Shown here: in pieces, positions 1 to 13,785 of the stretch
How positions within the stretch are numbered: the stretch's first letter is position 1
How the letters are laid out: every line of letters begins with the position of its first letter
Source: Eledone cirrhosa
Lineage: Eukaryota
DNA length: 64,000 bases
Direction: 5' to 3'
Assembly (NCBI GenBank): GCA_964016885.1
Contig: OZ024740.1
Location: 394,940,001-395,004,000 of the forward strand
Notes under the pieces: model-generated
The model's database searches: none
What the model was told of the DNA's origin: nothing
The model's input: the letters and a program-made list of their open reading frames with translations, nothing else
Made by a program: the position numbers and the translations under genes

Positions 1-299
1 ATACATAAAATAAATAGATCTCGCCATTTGATCGTGTGGTAATCTAAGTGTCTGGATATTCAACAAACATTTGTATTCTTAAATTAATCCGTCAGCAAAT
101 TCAATATGATGTTGTGTGCGATGAAACTGCTCCTTTGATTAACAAGTACAATATATCTGATGGAGACACACGCACTTTATGTCTCACATATTTTAAGTCT
201 CTGAGTATTCCACAGATAAGTGTACCCTTAACATAATCTTCAAGCAAGATAAGCTTAATGCAACGTGAGATAAGGCTGGTCCTCACCCAATGAGGGAAC

Positions 300-500
300 C
301 GCAAAGTGGTCATTCGATCTCGTAGAAACAGCAGCCAAGTCTCCTCCTTCAGATCATACTTTACTTTCTTGAAAAATAAAAAAAGATACCTAAAATATGT
401 GGACCTAGATGCACTTATAAAGACGAGTGGATTGCAGCTAGGATACAGTTGAGCTTATGTCTGCTCAAGTATGCTTTTGAGTTAAAACAACAAAACAACA
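300..500 (+). repeat. Dispersed non-coding repeat family ('agaaatagcagccaaatctc...aaacaacaac'), decayed copy
   Basis: Related degenerate copies at ~530-660(-), 3280-3400, 6135-6220, 9590-9960(-), 16350-16530(-), 17820-17930(-), 18115-18210, 38850-39045, 42890-43065; class unknown. Confidence 0.55.
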
Positions 501-1569
501 AAGCTACTCTTGTGTATTACAAGTACAGTCCATCCGACAGTTTTCAACGTAATTTCCCTCGGTGACCAGCTCGTCCTTTACCTATGTGCAAGATACGCCG
601 TATCACATTGTTCCTTTTTAAGGCGGTAAGATATGGTTTGGGTGACTATGCAATGTCTCCGTTGGCTTGTATTTTCGTTTTCGCTGGTTTCTGGTATTGT
701 TGTTTAGACCCAGGTTAGCCCCGACCCATGGTTTCGTCTGTAAGCATTCCAGTTTTTATTCAAACGTATCATTCCAGCGGAGATTTAGCAGAGTTGTTAA
801 AACGTCGAATAGAACGCTTTACGGAATCCGTTCCGGCTCTCTGCGCTCTGAGTTTAAATCTCTCCAAAGTGAACTTTGTCTTTCATCCTTTCGAGGTCAA
901 TGAAAAAGTACTAATCCAGTACTTGGGTCCATTATATCTCTTTCTCGCTTTCTCTCCTTCTTATTCATCTCTTTATCTCACCTTCTGTAGAAAAAATCGG
1001 ATGTGTTCAAACCTGAAGAGGGGATGGGCTCTACCGGGTTTAAAGTGCTTAAGACACGCCGTCTGTCACGACGGTGCCTGTATGACTCCATCAGGAGTCA
1101 ATACATATAATATGTATTGTCCCATCTATTTTCTTTTCTTTCTAAGATGATGGAGTGTGTGAATATGACGTGAGGAAGACTTGGCAGCCATTTTTAAAGA
1201 TTCCTTTGCTGGCTCACTCTTGCTGTCTTCTCTTACGCTACTGTTCTCTTTCTCTAATCTTATCCTTACCTTCCACTCCTCTCTCCCACTACCTTATCCC
1301 CCCCCCCTCTCCTTCTTACACCGTTACTGCCTATTACAAGCCCACTTGAAGTCTGCTCGGCCATCAAGCTGTAGTTTTCGTTTGTTTTTGTTTATTTGTA
1401 TTATTATTTTTGTGTTTATTGCCTTTCGTTTTTGTTTCTGGCTTTTATTGTGGTAGTTGTTGTTGCCTTATCAACAACACACTTACATAGCTGGGATTCC
1501 TTCACTGTAACTCGATCGTACATCCAGTTGAACTGACACATAACCGTGCTGACAGAACACTGAATAGAT

Positions 1570-2480
1570 TCGTTGGTGATGGCGGTGGTGGCAGTGTTAT
1601 TGTTGTTGTAGGGGAGGGGGTGACGAGTGATGGGGTGATGGTGATAGTGGCAGTGTTGTTGTTGTTGTTGTAGTGGGGGAGTGATGGTGATGGCGGCGGT
1701 AGTGGCAGTATTGTTGTTGTTGTATGGGGTGACAAGTGATGGGTGATGATGGTGGTGGGCAATGGGTGGTGATAGTGGCGGTGGCGGTGATGGTGGTGGT
1801 GGTTGTGTTGAGCGATGGGTGGTGGGTGGTGGGTGGTGTTGATGGGTGGTGGTGGTGGTGAGCGATGGGTGATGTGTGGTGGTGGTGGTGGTGAGGAATG
1901 ACTGGTGGTGATGGTGGTGGTGAGCAATGGGTGATGGGTGGAGGTGCTGGTGTTGACCGATGGCTGGTGGTGATGGTGGGGGTGAGCAATGGGTGATGGG
2001 TGGTGGTGGTGGTAGTGAGTGATGGGTGATGGTGGTGGTGGTGGTGAGGAATGGCTGGTGGTGATGGTGGTGGTGAGCAATGGGTGGTGGTGATGGAGGT
2101 GGTGGTGAGCGATGGGTGATGGGTGGTGGCGGTGGTGGTGAGCGATGGCTGGTGGTGATGTTGGTGGTGAGCAATGGGTGGTGGTGGTGGTGGTGAGTGA
2201 TGGGTGATGGGTGGTGGTGATGGTCGCGAGCAATGGGTGATGGGTGGTAGTGATGGTGGGATGATGATGGTGGTGGCGGTGTTGGAGAGGTAACAGTGGT
2301 GTTAGTGGTGATGTTAGAGTGAGTTGGGGGTGGAAGTAGTTGTGGCAGAAGGAGAGAAAGACGGTGGAGGAGGTGGAGGAAAGTGCGAAGAGAGCATGTA
2401 AAAAGGACCAAAATAAATTTGGCGGTGAAAAGTAAGGAGAAGGCCAAGGTGGTGGTGATGGTGGTATGAGTATGGGTGGT
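1570..2480. repeat. (GGT/GAT)-rich degenerate minisatellite with recurring 'gagc(a/g)atgggtgat' unit
   Basis: Directly visible; produces spurious His/Pro/Thr ORFs in all three minus frames. Confidence 0.9.
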
Positions 2481-2614
2481 AATGTTGTGGTGGGGGAATG
2501 GGGGCTGATAGGTCGTAGTAAGTTAACACCTACCCATCCTCCCACCCAACTTCCACCCTCCTAACTCCACTGATTCCAAAGAGACGAGAACGGAGAAAAT
2601 TGGGAATTAAAATA

Positions 2615-2637
2615 AACACCACCACCACCTACTACTA

Positions 2638-2675
<38 letters not shown>

Positions 2676-2712
2676 ACTGCTACTACTACTATTACTGCCA
2701 CTGCTGCTGCAG

Positions 2713-2761
<49 letters not shown>

Positions 2762-2877
2762 CACTACTACTACTACTACTACAGCTACTACTACTACAGC
2801 TACTACTACTACTACTACTACTACTGCTACTGCTACTACTACTGCTGCTCCTGCTACTACTACTACTGCTGCTACTA

Positions 2878-2921
<44 letters not shown>

Positions 2922-2944
2922 ACTACTACTACTACTACTAGTAG

Positions 2945-2982
<38 letters not shown>

Positions 2983-2985
2983 CAA
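2615..2985. repeat. Compound (CTA)n/(CTG)n trinucleotide microsatellite
   Basis: Directly visible. Confidence 0.95.
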
Positions 2986-3094
2986 CATCAGTAACTACGA
3001 CTGCAATGAGTAGGTAGTATGTGATATATATATAAAACTATTTTTGGGGGGAACGATCGACTTTCTTCCAATCGGACCGAGAAAACAATGTTCC

Positions 3095-3265
3095 CGTTGG
3101 TCTTTCCAATTGCTTATACTATCTATCGGTCGCAACTCCAGCTAGAAGGAGCAACGTGAAATAAAGTGTCTTGTTCAAGAATATAACGCATCGCCCGGTC
3201 TGGGAATCGAACTCACAACCTAGCGATTGCGAATCCAATTCTCTAACCACTCAGCCACATGCCTT
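3095..3265 (-). mobile_element. tRNA-derived SINE family B (CORE-like body 'tccttgagcaagacacttt')
   Basis: Minus-strand A box (tggctgagtggttag) and B box (gagttcgattccc); homologous copies at 6283-6592(-), 7455-7585(+), 18360-18550(-). Confidence 0.7.
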
Positions 3266-3526
3266 CAATGTGATATTTGACCTGCTAAAAATAGCAGCCA
3301 AATCTCCTCGAAATAACACAAAAAGGCAGGGTGAACATGCTTGAAACACATTTGATCATGGGTCAGCTTGATAATGGTTGAGCTCGAACTAAACAACACC
3401 ATCAATAATAAATACTACTCTGCTGCTGCTGTTGTTTTAGCCATTGTTGCTGATACTGATGATGACGGGAGGGGGGGGGGGGGAGCAATGATGATATAAC
3501 AATGGCTACTAATACTAATAATAATG

Positions 3527-3735
3527 ATTTCTACTATTATAGGCACAAAGCCAGCAATTTTGGGGGAGGGGAAAGTTGATTAAATCGACCCCAGTGTATT
3601 ACTGGTGCTTTAATTTATCAACCCCGTAAGGATGAAAGGTAAAGCTAACCTCTGCGGGATTTGAACTCAGAACGTAAAGGGTTGTAACTCTAGGCTGCAA
3701 AGCATATTGTCCGACGCTCTACCGATACTGCCAAT
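3527..3735 (-). mobile_element. tRNA-derived SINE family A (Meta/MESC-like central domain 'gcctttcatccttacggggtcgataaaataaagtaccag')
   Basis: Minus-strand A box (tggcagtatcggtaga), B box (gagttcaaatcc), central domain, tail ending 'agtagaaa'; many near-identical copies in the window. Confidence 0.85.
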
Positions 3736-4074
3736 AATAATACTATTGCTGCTGCTACTACTACTACTACTACTACTATTGCTACTCCTGCTGCTGCTGC
3801 TGCTACTACTACTACTAATACTACTAATACTACGTGGTCAGAGATAACTATAACAATAGTAGATAAGTATAAATAATTGTTGAATATATCCGTTGTAGAT
3901 GGAAAAGAATGGACAATGACGCCTACGCAATGGTTAAATGTGTTCGCCCTGTACACGAGAGATGCGTGCTTCATTTGACCACAGGCCTTTCTGTTCACTT
4001 TTTCCCATCTCCAGGGTTAATGTACCTGATTTGTTGAACTATTATTTATAGTTATCAACTACTATTATAATTGC

Positions 4075-4220
4075 AGCAAAGAGTTACAGCCCTTTATGGT
4101 CTGAGTTCAAATCCTGCCGAGGTTAACTTTGTCTTCCATCCTTACGGGGTCGATAAAATAAAGTACCGGTAATACACTGAGATAATTGCTGGCCTTGTGC
4201 CAAAAGTAGAAACAATTATA
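4075..4220 (+). mobile_element. SINE family A, 5'-truncated
   Basis: B box, central domain and 'gccaaaagtagaaacaattat' tail. Confidence 0.85.
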
Positions 4221-4313
4221 ATTATCTGTATTGTGTTGACTTCATTTCCAAATTTCAAAATTGTTCCGTATTCTAATCATGTATGTATGTATGTATGTAT
4301 GTATGTATGTATG

Positions 4314-4344
<31 letters not shown>

Positions 4345-5509
4345 GGAGCTCTTAAGAGTCAATGGCCATCCAAAATCACCGGGAGAGATGACCCCTTAGC
4401 CTTTGTCAAGGCAGAATTCTAGGAGAAGGAAAACTTTGATATAACACCTGCAACCCTGATGGTATCCAATGATGTTGACTTGTTCTTCTTTTTGGTAAAT
4501 ATCATCTTGGTTAAGAGAGTGGGACTGGCTTTGTGCAGTGCCTTTGCTCACTATAAAAGCTTCACGGCACAGGCATTGCTTTATATCTGGAGATCTCTCT
4601 GCACTTGTCGTCACATGGTACCATGGGCCCAGCACTATGTGTCAATAATTGTCACAAGTGTAGTGTTTGTACCAGAGTTTTCAAGTCGCTGGCTGGACTA
4701 AAAAGTCACACTCGTTCAGCGCATCGGTAGGGGTTCTCCTACATGGATATAAAGTAGTGGCCGTACTCGAAAACGAGTTGGCAGCCACCATGTATGTATG
4801 TATGTGTGTGTGTATGTATGTATGTGTGTATGTGTGTATGTATCTATATATGTATGTATGTGTATGTATGTGTGTGTATGTATGTATTCCCAAACTTTCA
4901 AAATGACGACATAAAATCCATTAAAAGATTCTCGCCGTATTTACATTTTTGCTGATAAAGTTAAACATAAAAACTGTGAATTTGATAGTAAAACACACTC
5001 CAAATTCCTGTCAAGCAACATTGCAAACACTTATAAAATTCAAACCTTAATATATATGTAAAACATCATCAAGAGCGAAACAAAATCCCTCTTCTCTCAT
5101 TTGAAAATACATAAGTAGAACTCTTATTCATGAGTAAGTAAGCCTTATACCACCTCCAAGAATCATAAAAGTAGTTAGATTTTTGTTTTCTTTTTCTTAC
5201 CTCAATAAATCTAACGAAAAAAATAATGATTATATGCTGAAAATCCATTTGACTCAATTATTTCAAATATGAAGATGCTAAGAAATTACAGCAAAATGTG
5301 GATACAGTATATTACACTGACTCCAGTAGTTAACTAGTACTTGATGTATCGACTCAATAAACATACAAAGTAAATTCGATCCTGGTGGAATTTGAACTGA
5401 AAATATAAATGATGCAACCAACAGCCGCAATATGTTTTTGTGCGATCTTCAACCGATTCTACCTTTCGCTGCTGTCGACAACAGTAGCATCAGCAGCAGT
5501 TGCAGAAAT

Positions 5510-6057
5510 AATGGTTTCTTATATAGGCACAAGGCCAGCAATTTGGGGTGGGGAAGTCGATTAAATCGATCCAGTAGGTGACTGGTACTTTATTTTATCG
5601 ACCCCGTAAGGATGAAAGGCAAAGTTAACCTCGGCGGGATTTGAACTCAGAAAGTAGAGGGCCACAACTCTATGCTGCAAAGCATGTTGTCTGACGCTCT
5701 ACCGATACTGCCAATTCACCGCCCTAATAATTGTTTCTACTTTTGGTACAAAGCCAGCAATTATCCAGTGTATTACTGGTACTTTATTTTATCGACCCCG
5801 TAAGGATGAAAGGCAAAGTTAACCGCGGCGGGATTTGAACTCAGAATGGCAAGGGCCATAACTCTATGCGCCAAAGCATGGGGTCCGACCCTCTACCAAT
5901 ACTGCCAATCCAATCCGTCCTAATAATTGTTTCTACTTTTGGCACAAGGCAAGCAAATACCCAGTAGATTACTGGTACTTTATTTTATCGACCCCGTAAG
6001 GATGAAAGGCAAAGTTAACCTCGGTGGGATTTGAACTCAGAATGGCAAGGGCCGTAA
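5510..6057 (-). mobile_element. Head-to-tail cluster of three SINE family A copies
   Basis: Copies at ~5510-5725, 5727-5920 and 5922-6057 (the last is 5'-truncated). Confidence 0.9.
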
Positions 6058-6282
6058 TGACAATAAGAGTGGTACTAGTACCAGCGATGATGATGACGGC
6101 AACAACGACATTCACCAGGTCAACGACGGAGCCCCTATGTGGTCGACTGATCTAGTTGAAATAGTATTCAGATCTCCTCAAATCACTCCTTACCGTCTAG
6201 AGTAAGACACGTAGAATAATTCCCCACAAAGAATAAACAAAAATATATGTGCTCGAACAATAGCAATTTAGGGATATATACT

Positions 6283-6592
6283 GAGGCACTCCGTCGGTTA
6301 CGACGATGAGTGTTCCTGTTGATCCGATCAACAGAACAGCCTGCTCATGAAATTAACGTGCAAGTGGCTGAGCATTCCACAAACACGCGTACCCATAACA
6401 TAATTTTTAGGGAGATTCAGCGTAACACAGACTGTGACAAGGCTGGCCATTCGAACAACAGGCACAACTCATTTCGCCAGCTGAGTGGACTGGAGCAACA
6501 ATAAAATGTCTTGCTCAAGGACACAACGCACTGCCGGGAATCGAACTCACAACCTTACGATTGTAAGCCGAATATCCTAACCATAAAGCCAT
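6283..6592 (-). mobile_element. SINE family B, near full length
   Basis: Minus-strand tRNA head (ggttaggatattcg...gagttcgattccc), then CORE-like 'tgtccttgagcaagac' and a ~200-bp tail. Confidence 0.75.
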
Positions 6593-6660
6593 AGGGCTAT
6601 ATAACAATGAAAACAACGAACTACGAGGAATATAGGTAGTTGAACTAAAAGTGAAATTTA

Positions 6661-6800
6661 CCGTATTTCCTAAAATAAGTCTCAAAAATCTACCATGCGT
6701 CCTGGAGGCAGAAGGTTGTTTATTATTTTTTTCAGATTTTGGTCGTCAAAATTAGGGTGCGTCCTCGAGGATGAAGCGTCTTCGGCGCCGCGAAATACGG
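6661..6800. mobile_element. Tc1/mariner (pogo-like) MITE
   Basis: TIRs CCGTATTTC / GAAATACGG flanked by TA on both sides. Confidence 0.75.
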
Positions 6801-7868
6801 TACTTAGTCCACTTATGTCGTTCTTGTTACTCATATGTTCAAATCTTACTAGAGTCAGCTTTATCATTTATAGTGAGATAGTTTTGATACTAGACTTTAA
6901 GCTGAGTTGATTCAATTGAAAATATACATCAACACATCTACAGATTTAATACTGTGTGTAAATGTAAGGAATCTATAAACATTGGTAGCTGCTTTATGAC
7001 CACGGATAATTTCATAAAATGCTTATTGTTTTAAACATTAGTGGAAGCCCGAACACGCTCGTGATATTGTTATATATTTTATCAATCGGCTATTGTTATC
7101 TAAAATGTTCCCTCCCAAAGCGATTATAATAAACCGCTAAACTATATTATTGTTGACGAAGATCGGCTTAAAATAACCAGTTAGAAATCATTATACAGGT
7201 TTTGGACATTGTGGTATTCAAATACGATCTTTTTTGTTTTGAGTTAAAAAAAACTCTGAAGTCAACTTCGTCGTCATCCTTCCGGGATTTGCTACATTTT
7301 AAGATTTGCTACATTTAAGATTATCCATGATTATAAGCAGTTTCCACGGCATCAGTAATATACGGAGGTCGATTTGGTCACGCATTCCTCTCCACTTTAA
7401 AAACAATCCTTGAATGCACGTCACGTAATAATGAATCCTTGGTTAAAATATGTAGCGTGACCTGGTTGTTCCGATGTTTAGCTCCCGATCGTAAGATCGT
7501 GGGTTCGATCCCCGTAGTGGGTGATGCTTTGTCTCCTTGACAAAAGCGCTTCATTTCATGTTATTCCAGTCCTCCTCAACTGAAAAAGGTGTAACAGTAG
7601 TAGCAGCTATGGTTTAAGCTTTCAATGTAAATAAACATCATTGTAGCCTCATTATTATTTTAAAATAGCGTGATCATGTCACTGCTATTCTTAACAATAA
7701 AGGGAGAAAACCATAAGCTAAAAGCTTATAGTTTTTATTTAAGCTTATGAACATCGGCTGATGAAGCTCATTTGCACACAGAGAAAAAGCTGACGGGCTC
7801 GAATTAATAAGCGGTAGTGATGTTCTAATGTAGCGTGATGGAGACGTGACCGGGATTGTATAATGAAT

Positions 7869-7931
<63 letters not shown>

Positions 7932-8364
7932 GTGTGTGCGTGTGCGCGCGTGTGTGTGTGTGTGTGCGTGTATTTGTGTGTGCGCGCGTGTGTGTATGTG
8001 TGCGTTTGTGTGTATATATAGCTGCCCGAAAGAAACTAAATGAGAGATTTCAATCTCGACTTAGTACTATATACTCTCCAAACTATATTAAATTAATCAG
8101 GTCACTTTTATCGTATGACACCGACAAGTGTATATAATATTGAACAGGTCAGGTCAGAAGTTCAAATCTATAGATAACTTTTTTTTTTATATTGCTGGTT
8201 ACAAAAGCTTACGTTGCCTCAGTTCACCTAGCAATTGACAATCACTTATATACCCTCTGTCGAAGAAGTCCTCCAATTGTTTGGATGAGCCTTGACATTA
8301 AATATGTATCCTGGTTGTTGTGACAAGCCGCATGTGATGACTGTTCAATATAAAAGCCTAGCAT

Positions 8365-8530
8365 AGAGTTACGTCCCTTTATGATCTGATTTCAAATCCC
8401 GCCGAAGTTAACTTTGCCTTCCATCCTTACGTGGTCAATAAAATAAAGTACCAGTCACTCACTGGGGTCGATTTAATCCACTTTCCCCTCTCCCAAAATT
8501 GCTGGCCTTGTGCCTATATAAGAAACCAAT
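8365..8530 (+). mobile_element. SINE family A, diverged
   Basis: B box remnant, central domain and tail. Confidence 0.75.
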
Positions 8531-9201
8531 ATAAAAGCCCATTCATATTTAAATTCAGCACATACAGGCGTCCATCTCCAGGTGGATATCTTCCACAGTT
8601 GGGAGGAAATTCAACACGGTGCCTGTTTTCATGTTTTAACTGTTCAGTTGGCAGGTTTGTGCGACGGGAGGATACTGGACAAGCATTTACTAGAAACAAA
8701 AGTAAACGAAAGTGACACATTTAGATCACTTCCGGAGCAACATGTTTTCTTCCATTTTTTTTTTACCCTTCCTTCCTTCCTCCGCTGTCTTTCTTGTTTT
8801 TCCCTTTCATTGTTTTACACTTTTTTCTGTCCTTTATATCTTTTTTTCGTTTTCTCATTATATTATCCCCTCTCTTTGTAACGTACACACTTACACACAT
8901 ACATCAGCACACCTACCCACACATATTGACATACGCACACAGACCCACACATACATGCATGTACACTCTATCTACCTATATTTTCTTTTCGATAAATAAA
9001 AAAAGTTTCTTTCTTCAACCTAGTCCACAACTTTTCTGTAAGTTCTGTATTTCTCTCCCAACTCCGTCTAAAATGATGAAACACAAAGGTCAGCGCACAA
9101 CTGAGTGCTCTTTATAGGGAAAGGGTAATGACGGTTATAACCCGCAGAAATACCTTCAGAAGCAATAACAGTCGGAGAGAAAGAGAGAGAAAGTGTAAGT
9201 G

Positions 9202-9272
<71 letters not shown>

Positions 9273-9696
9273 GAGATGAATAAGAAAAACAAACAGGATG
9301 GAATATTTGGGGGCACTGATATTTCTGCTAACTAACTGCATGGTCGGGAGACTTCATTAGGCCTATAACAGAATGATCCTCGTTTTATCTTCAAATCCAG
9401 CTGATGTCAACTTTTCCTTTGGCCTTTTTTCCTTCCGAGTTCGATGAAATATAAAATAAGTATCAGTCAAGCACTGGAGATCGATTTAATCGACTCTTCT
9501 ATCCCTTCCCATAATCAAATTTGTAGTTATATTTTCATGGAGAAAATGAATATTTTTATGAAATCCTAATAATGAGTTGTTCTTTTTCTTCTCTATAACA
9601 CACAGTCAGTCCTAAATGAGTAGACTTACTATCAAAGGCATTCTAACCATGACAATCTCATCATTTTCTAGGCTAGCATATTTAAAACTACATTAT

Positions 9697-9886
9697 TGGA
9701 TTGGCAGTATCGGTAGAGGGTCGGACGCCATGCTTTGACGCATAGAGTTACGGCCCTTGTCATTCTGAGTTCAAATCCAGCCGAGGTGAAGTTTGCCTTT
9801 CATCCTTACGGTGTCGATGAAATAAAGTACCAGTAATACACTGGGATAATTTCTGGCCTGGTGCCAAAAGTAGAAACAATTATTAT
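9697..9886 (+). mobile_element. SINE family A inserted into an older dispersed repeat
   Basis: A box, B box, central domain and tail; flanks match the 300-500 repeat family on the minus strand. Confidence 0.85.
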
Positions 9887-12759
9887 GCAATGTACCATTT
9901 CTTCTTTAAAGTGGTAGGATGAGATATGTAATTTGACTGCTATTTCTAGCAGGTCAAGTTATCTTTAACTATTTTGGAGCTAAGCAGTTGTAAGCAAATT
10001 TCTAATAGACTCTTTGTCTTTATGACTGTAGTTATAGAACTATCAATATTTGGATTTACATATTGTCTAATACGGCAGTTTTTAATCTAATTCTCGGAGG
10101 GAAATTGTGGATTCTAATGGGAAATTAATTCTTTTAGGTTGAAAATTCATTATCATTATTTTCATTGTTTTTGCAAAATATATTTTCATTAATGTTGGTT
10201 TTAAGGATCCATCAATCCATTTACAAGCCTTTCTCTCGATAGAGCTGTTGGGGCATCATCATCTTGGACATTTAAACTTGGCCAGTCCATTCTTCTCCAG
10301 ACCAGAACATAGTCGAGACATAGACAAAAAGTAAGAAAAATATATACAGGAAGAATAGAACTCAGTATTGGACTGGTATTTTATTTATCGACCTCGAAAG
10401 GATGAAAGGCAAAGATGACCTCGTCGGTATTTGAACTCAGCACGAATAGTCGGAGTGAATAGCGCAAGGTGTTCTATCCGACTTTGCCAGCTCCCTGCCT
10501 ATGATTTGATGGATGCTATAATTGATAAAATTATTATGCTTGTACGTATGTGATGGGAATGGATGAAAGGATAAAAGAGAGAGGACATTTTTTTTATGGA
10601 AAGAGAAGAGTTTTAATGGGAAGAGAAGAAATAGAATGATGAGTTTTAATGTGGGGCGGGGGGGGGCGTGTGAGATAATAGTGTTGATGGGAGGGGAAGG
10701 GAGAGAGGGAAAAGAGTCGATGGGAAGAGAAGGTAGTAACGGTGGGCGATAGAAAGAATTTGGAGGAAGAGGTAAAAAGACTGAGTGACAGTGAGAGGGA
10801 ATGCTACTTATAGACAAACGCAATCACACACATATGTACTATACCGTGAACTGCAGCTAATGACCTTATTGGTAAGGGACATTATTTAAAGCTAGGGCAG
10901 GAGGCGAGGGGGGGGGGGGGCACAAGGACATCAGATTTTTCTTATTATTAATATATGTTTGTATGTTATTTACCTTATGCGCTTTAGTTAAATTATATCG
11001 TCTGCTCGACTGAACCTTTATCAAAGAACGCAGTTGCTACTTAGACTAGCTTATTCAATGACAATTAATAAAGCACAAGGTGAAATATTTAATAAGAAAG
11101 GGATTTATTTGCTAAAAGCAGTATTTAGTCGTAGACAGTTATGTTAACTTCTCAAGAATAAGGAAATTAACTGATGTTTTCGTCAGGGTAGATAATACCA
11201 AGAAAAATATCTCTAAAACCATTGTAAATAAGGAATTATTAAACTAATGGTATAAAGTATGATAATGATAATTAATGGTATGATGATTTAAATTATACAA
11301 TAATGAAATAACACGTATATATTAGATTAATTATTTTGTCTAAGATTTCAACAACCATGCAATTTTCATGGGTTTAGGTAGTTTAACATAAAGATGTTAA
11401 CCTTATGTAATAAGGTGTTGTAGAAAGTCTGATTTCTATCTTATTATATGTAAGTATTATACGATGTTTATAGAGTTCTTGTCTTGAGATTGCGAGGCTA
11501 ATCTCAGTTGATTGATGTTTTTCCACTCATCATATCTTTACATAAGTATTATTCGTTATAATGATGCTCTGATGAAAATTGGGTTAAAGAAAAACATAAT
11601 ATTATATCAAAGAAATCTTTAGCCCTCATTTAAAAATATAAGAAAACGGAACACGATTTGGTACAGCTCACGTATAATATCGCCCTCAAATCTCCAATAC
11701 CAAATGATTTCATTAAATTAATTTTTAAATATTTATTTCCATCCTATAAATACTATTAAATATTCAACAAAAATACTGTCAAATACTTATATTTTATTAC
11801 ACACAAATTGCAAATGCTGCCTTTTCTAACATAATATGCTGGATGAGGGCAATTATTAAATTGTTTCTTGCTCTTTTTTGTGTGTTTTCTGCTACGTCAA
11901 AATTAACGTTGTAGACCCATGTAAATAAATCCTATTCCTGCTTGGTTTGGGAAAATAATCACAGCTTGAGTAAACCAATTGTGAATAAAATTTATCTGCG
12001 GTACCTGAACTATTTGTCTATGCTTGGTCTTCACTGGCACTTATTGTTCTTTTCTCAGACACGATCTTTGTATTAAACCAATCTTCTCTATTTATCTGTT
12101 TTTATTGCTGTTGTTTTTTGTTGTTGTGGTGAAGGTGGTGCTTTTTTTGTTTTTATCATAGTTGCTGTTTTTGGTGCTTGATAATTTCAATCTATTACCT
12201 ATTTACCAAATAAAAAAGATTTATTCCATCAATCCTCCAGTAACTTGAGTGTATATATCTCTAAGTGGATCTGTATGTTTGTCTGACTATGAGATTGTAT
12301 AGGCACATGGAGTTATATATGGGTTTTACGCAATGCGTACATACATCTTTCCTACATTTTCTCTTATTATTATTTATGTTATTCAATTATTTTTTTTAGA
12401 TGAGGTTAGGGATTGAGAATTCACCTACACACATCAATCTACATTACACTCTTAAATACACATAAAGTTCTCTCGCTCACTTTGACTCCCACCCTCCTCT
12501 ATCTTTCCGTATTCGGCTATACATGCATTATTTTATCTATCTCCAACTCTATCTCACGGTGTTCTTATATAAATGGTATATACAAATATAAACAAACACA
12601 CTGTGAAAATACACATATAAAAGTATTATATATCTATATGCTTTTTTATTTGTAACTGCACTGTACACAGCTATATATATGTTTGTGTGAATATCTATCT
12701 ATCTCAGCATTCGTTAGCTTGCCCGCAACCAGAGCTTCGATTATGCTGTGCTACCTTCT

Positions 12760-12827
<68 letters not shown>

Positions 12828-13353
12828 CATGGTGTCCTAAAAAATGTATACACACTTTTATTAGATTGTTGTTGAAGTGTGTATGTGTGTGTGTGTATGT
12901 GTGTGTGTGCACATGTGTGTGTGTGCACATGTGTGTGTGTGAACATGTGTATGTACACGTAAATCTGTGTTTATTTAGGTATACATGGGAGTGTGTTATT
13001 GATTTTACATCTAAATATATATAGTTGTAGTAGAAATTGCTAGATTTTATACATCCCTCTATACATTCAATTTATTTCAATTTTAAGGCTACTTCTAAAT
13101 AGTAATCCGTGTTTTTACCCCGAGTTACACACATTATTTCTAATTCTGTCTTACTCCTAACATTTCTTTTTTTATTACTTAATGTAAATTATTCAATTAT
13201 GTTTCTTTTTTAATGGTAGTGGTGGTGGTGGTGGTGGTGGTCGCCGTCGTCGTCATCGTCGTGGTGTAGATGGTGGTGGAGGTGTTGGTGATGGTGGTGT
13301 TGGTGTTGGTGGCGGGGTTCCTTGCTTGATTTTCTTTTCATTCGTCTTTTCAG

Positions 13354-13401
13354 ATAAGGTTTTCACAAATGTTCTATTTCATCCTGGACAGGCACTTCAT
13401 G
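13354..13401 (+). CDS. Candidate 48-nt internal exon of an unidentified host gene
   Basis: Long polypyrimidine tract + cag acceptor (13331-13353), donor G|gtaagt, length divisible by 3; open in phase 1 (DKVFTNVLFHPGQALH) and phase 0. Confidence 0.45.
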
Positions 13402-13566
13402 GTAAGTTGTCGGAAACTTAAGTTCAATCCCAGCTTGGAATCTACTCAAGTTCACAAGGTGCAACATTGTGTGTAAGTATGAAAGTGTGCGTGTAAAACC
13501 CATACAGACACACGGATATGCAGCACATGTGCAGTCTAAAACATATATATAGTAAAGAAATAGGAC

Positions 13567-13645
13567 TTCGCTTCAAGCATAGCTTTATACAATATGTATA
13601 AATATTTCGTATCTACATATTGTATAAAGCTATGCTTGAAGCGAA
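13567..13645. repeat. Perfect 32-bp-arm hairpin (15-nt loop)
   Basis: ttcgcttcaagcatagctttatacaatatgta ... tacatattgtataaagctatgcttgaagcgaa. Confidence 0.9.
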
Positions 13646-13785
13646 ATGCTATTTCTTTTTTATATTACGTTGAGCCAACTTATGCAGCTTCATATGCAAA
13701 TGAGATTAATCACCTCATTTACACAGACGAGAAAAGTATATATTCTCGCTGTCTTCTAGCCCAGCAGTCGCAAGCGGCGGGAGGG

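Noticed and set aside
1416-2983. Long His/Pro/Thr, poly-Val/Ala and poly-Tyr/Cys ORFs
   Set aside because: Translations of trinucleotide repeats, open in several frames at once
5510-6057. Regularly spaced repeats resembling a CRISPR array or tRNA gene cluster
   Set aside because: Tandem ~200-bp SINEs with no unique spacers, no cas genes and no full cloverleaf; eukaryotic context
7752-7800. CTGATGA-agctc...gag-aaaaagctgac possible hammerhead
   Set aside because: GAAA/stem III/UH region too degraded to support
11565-11625. gct-CTGATGA...GAAA...agc
   Set aside because: No credible stem II or stem III; expected by chance in AT-rich DNA
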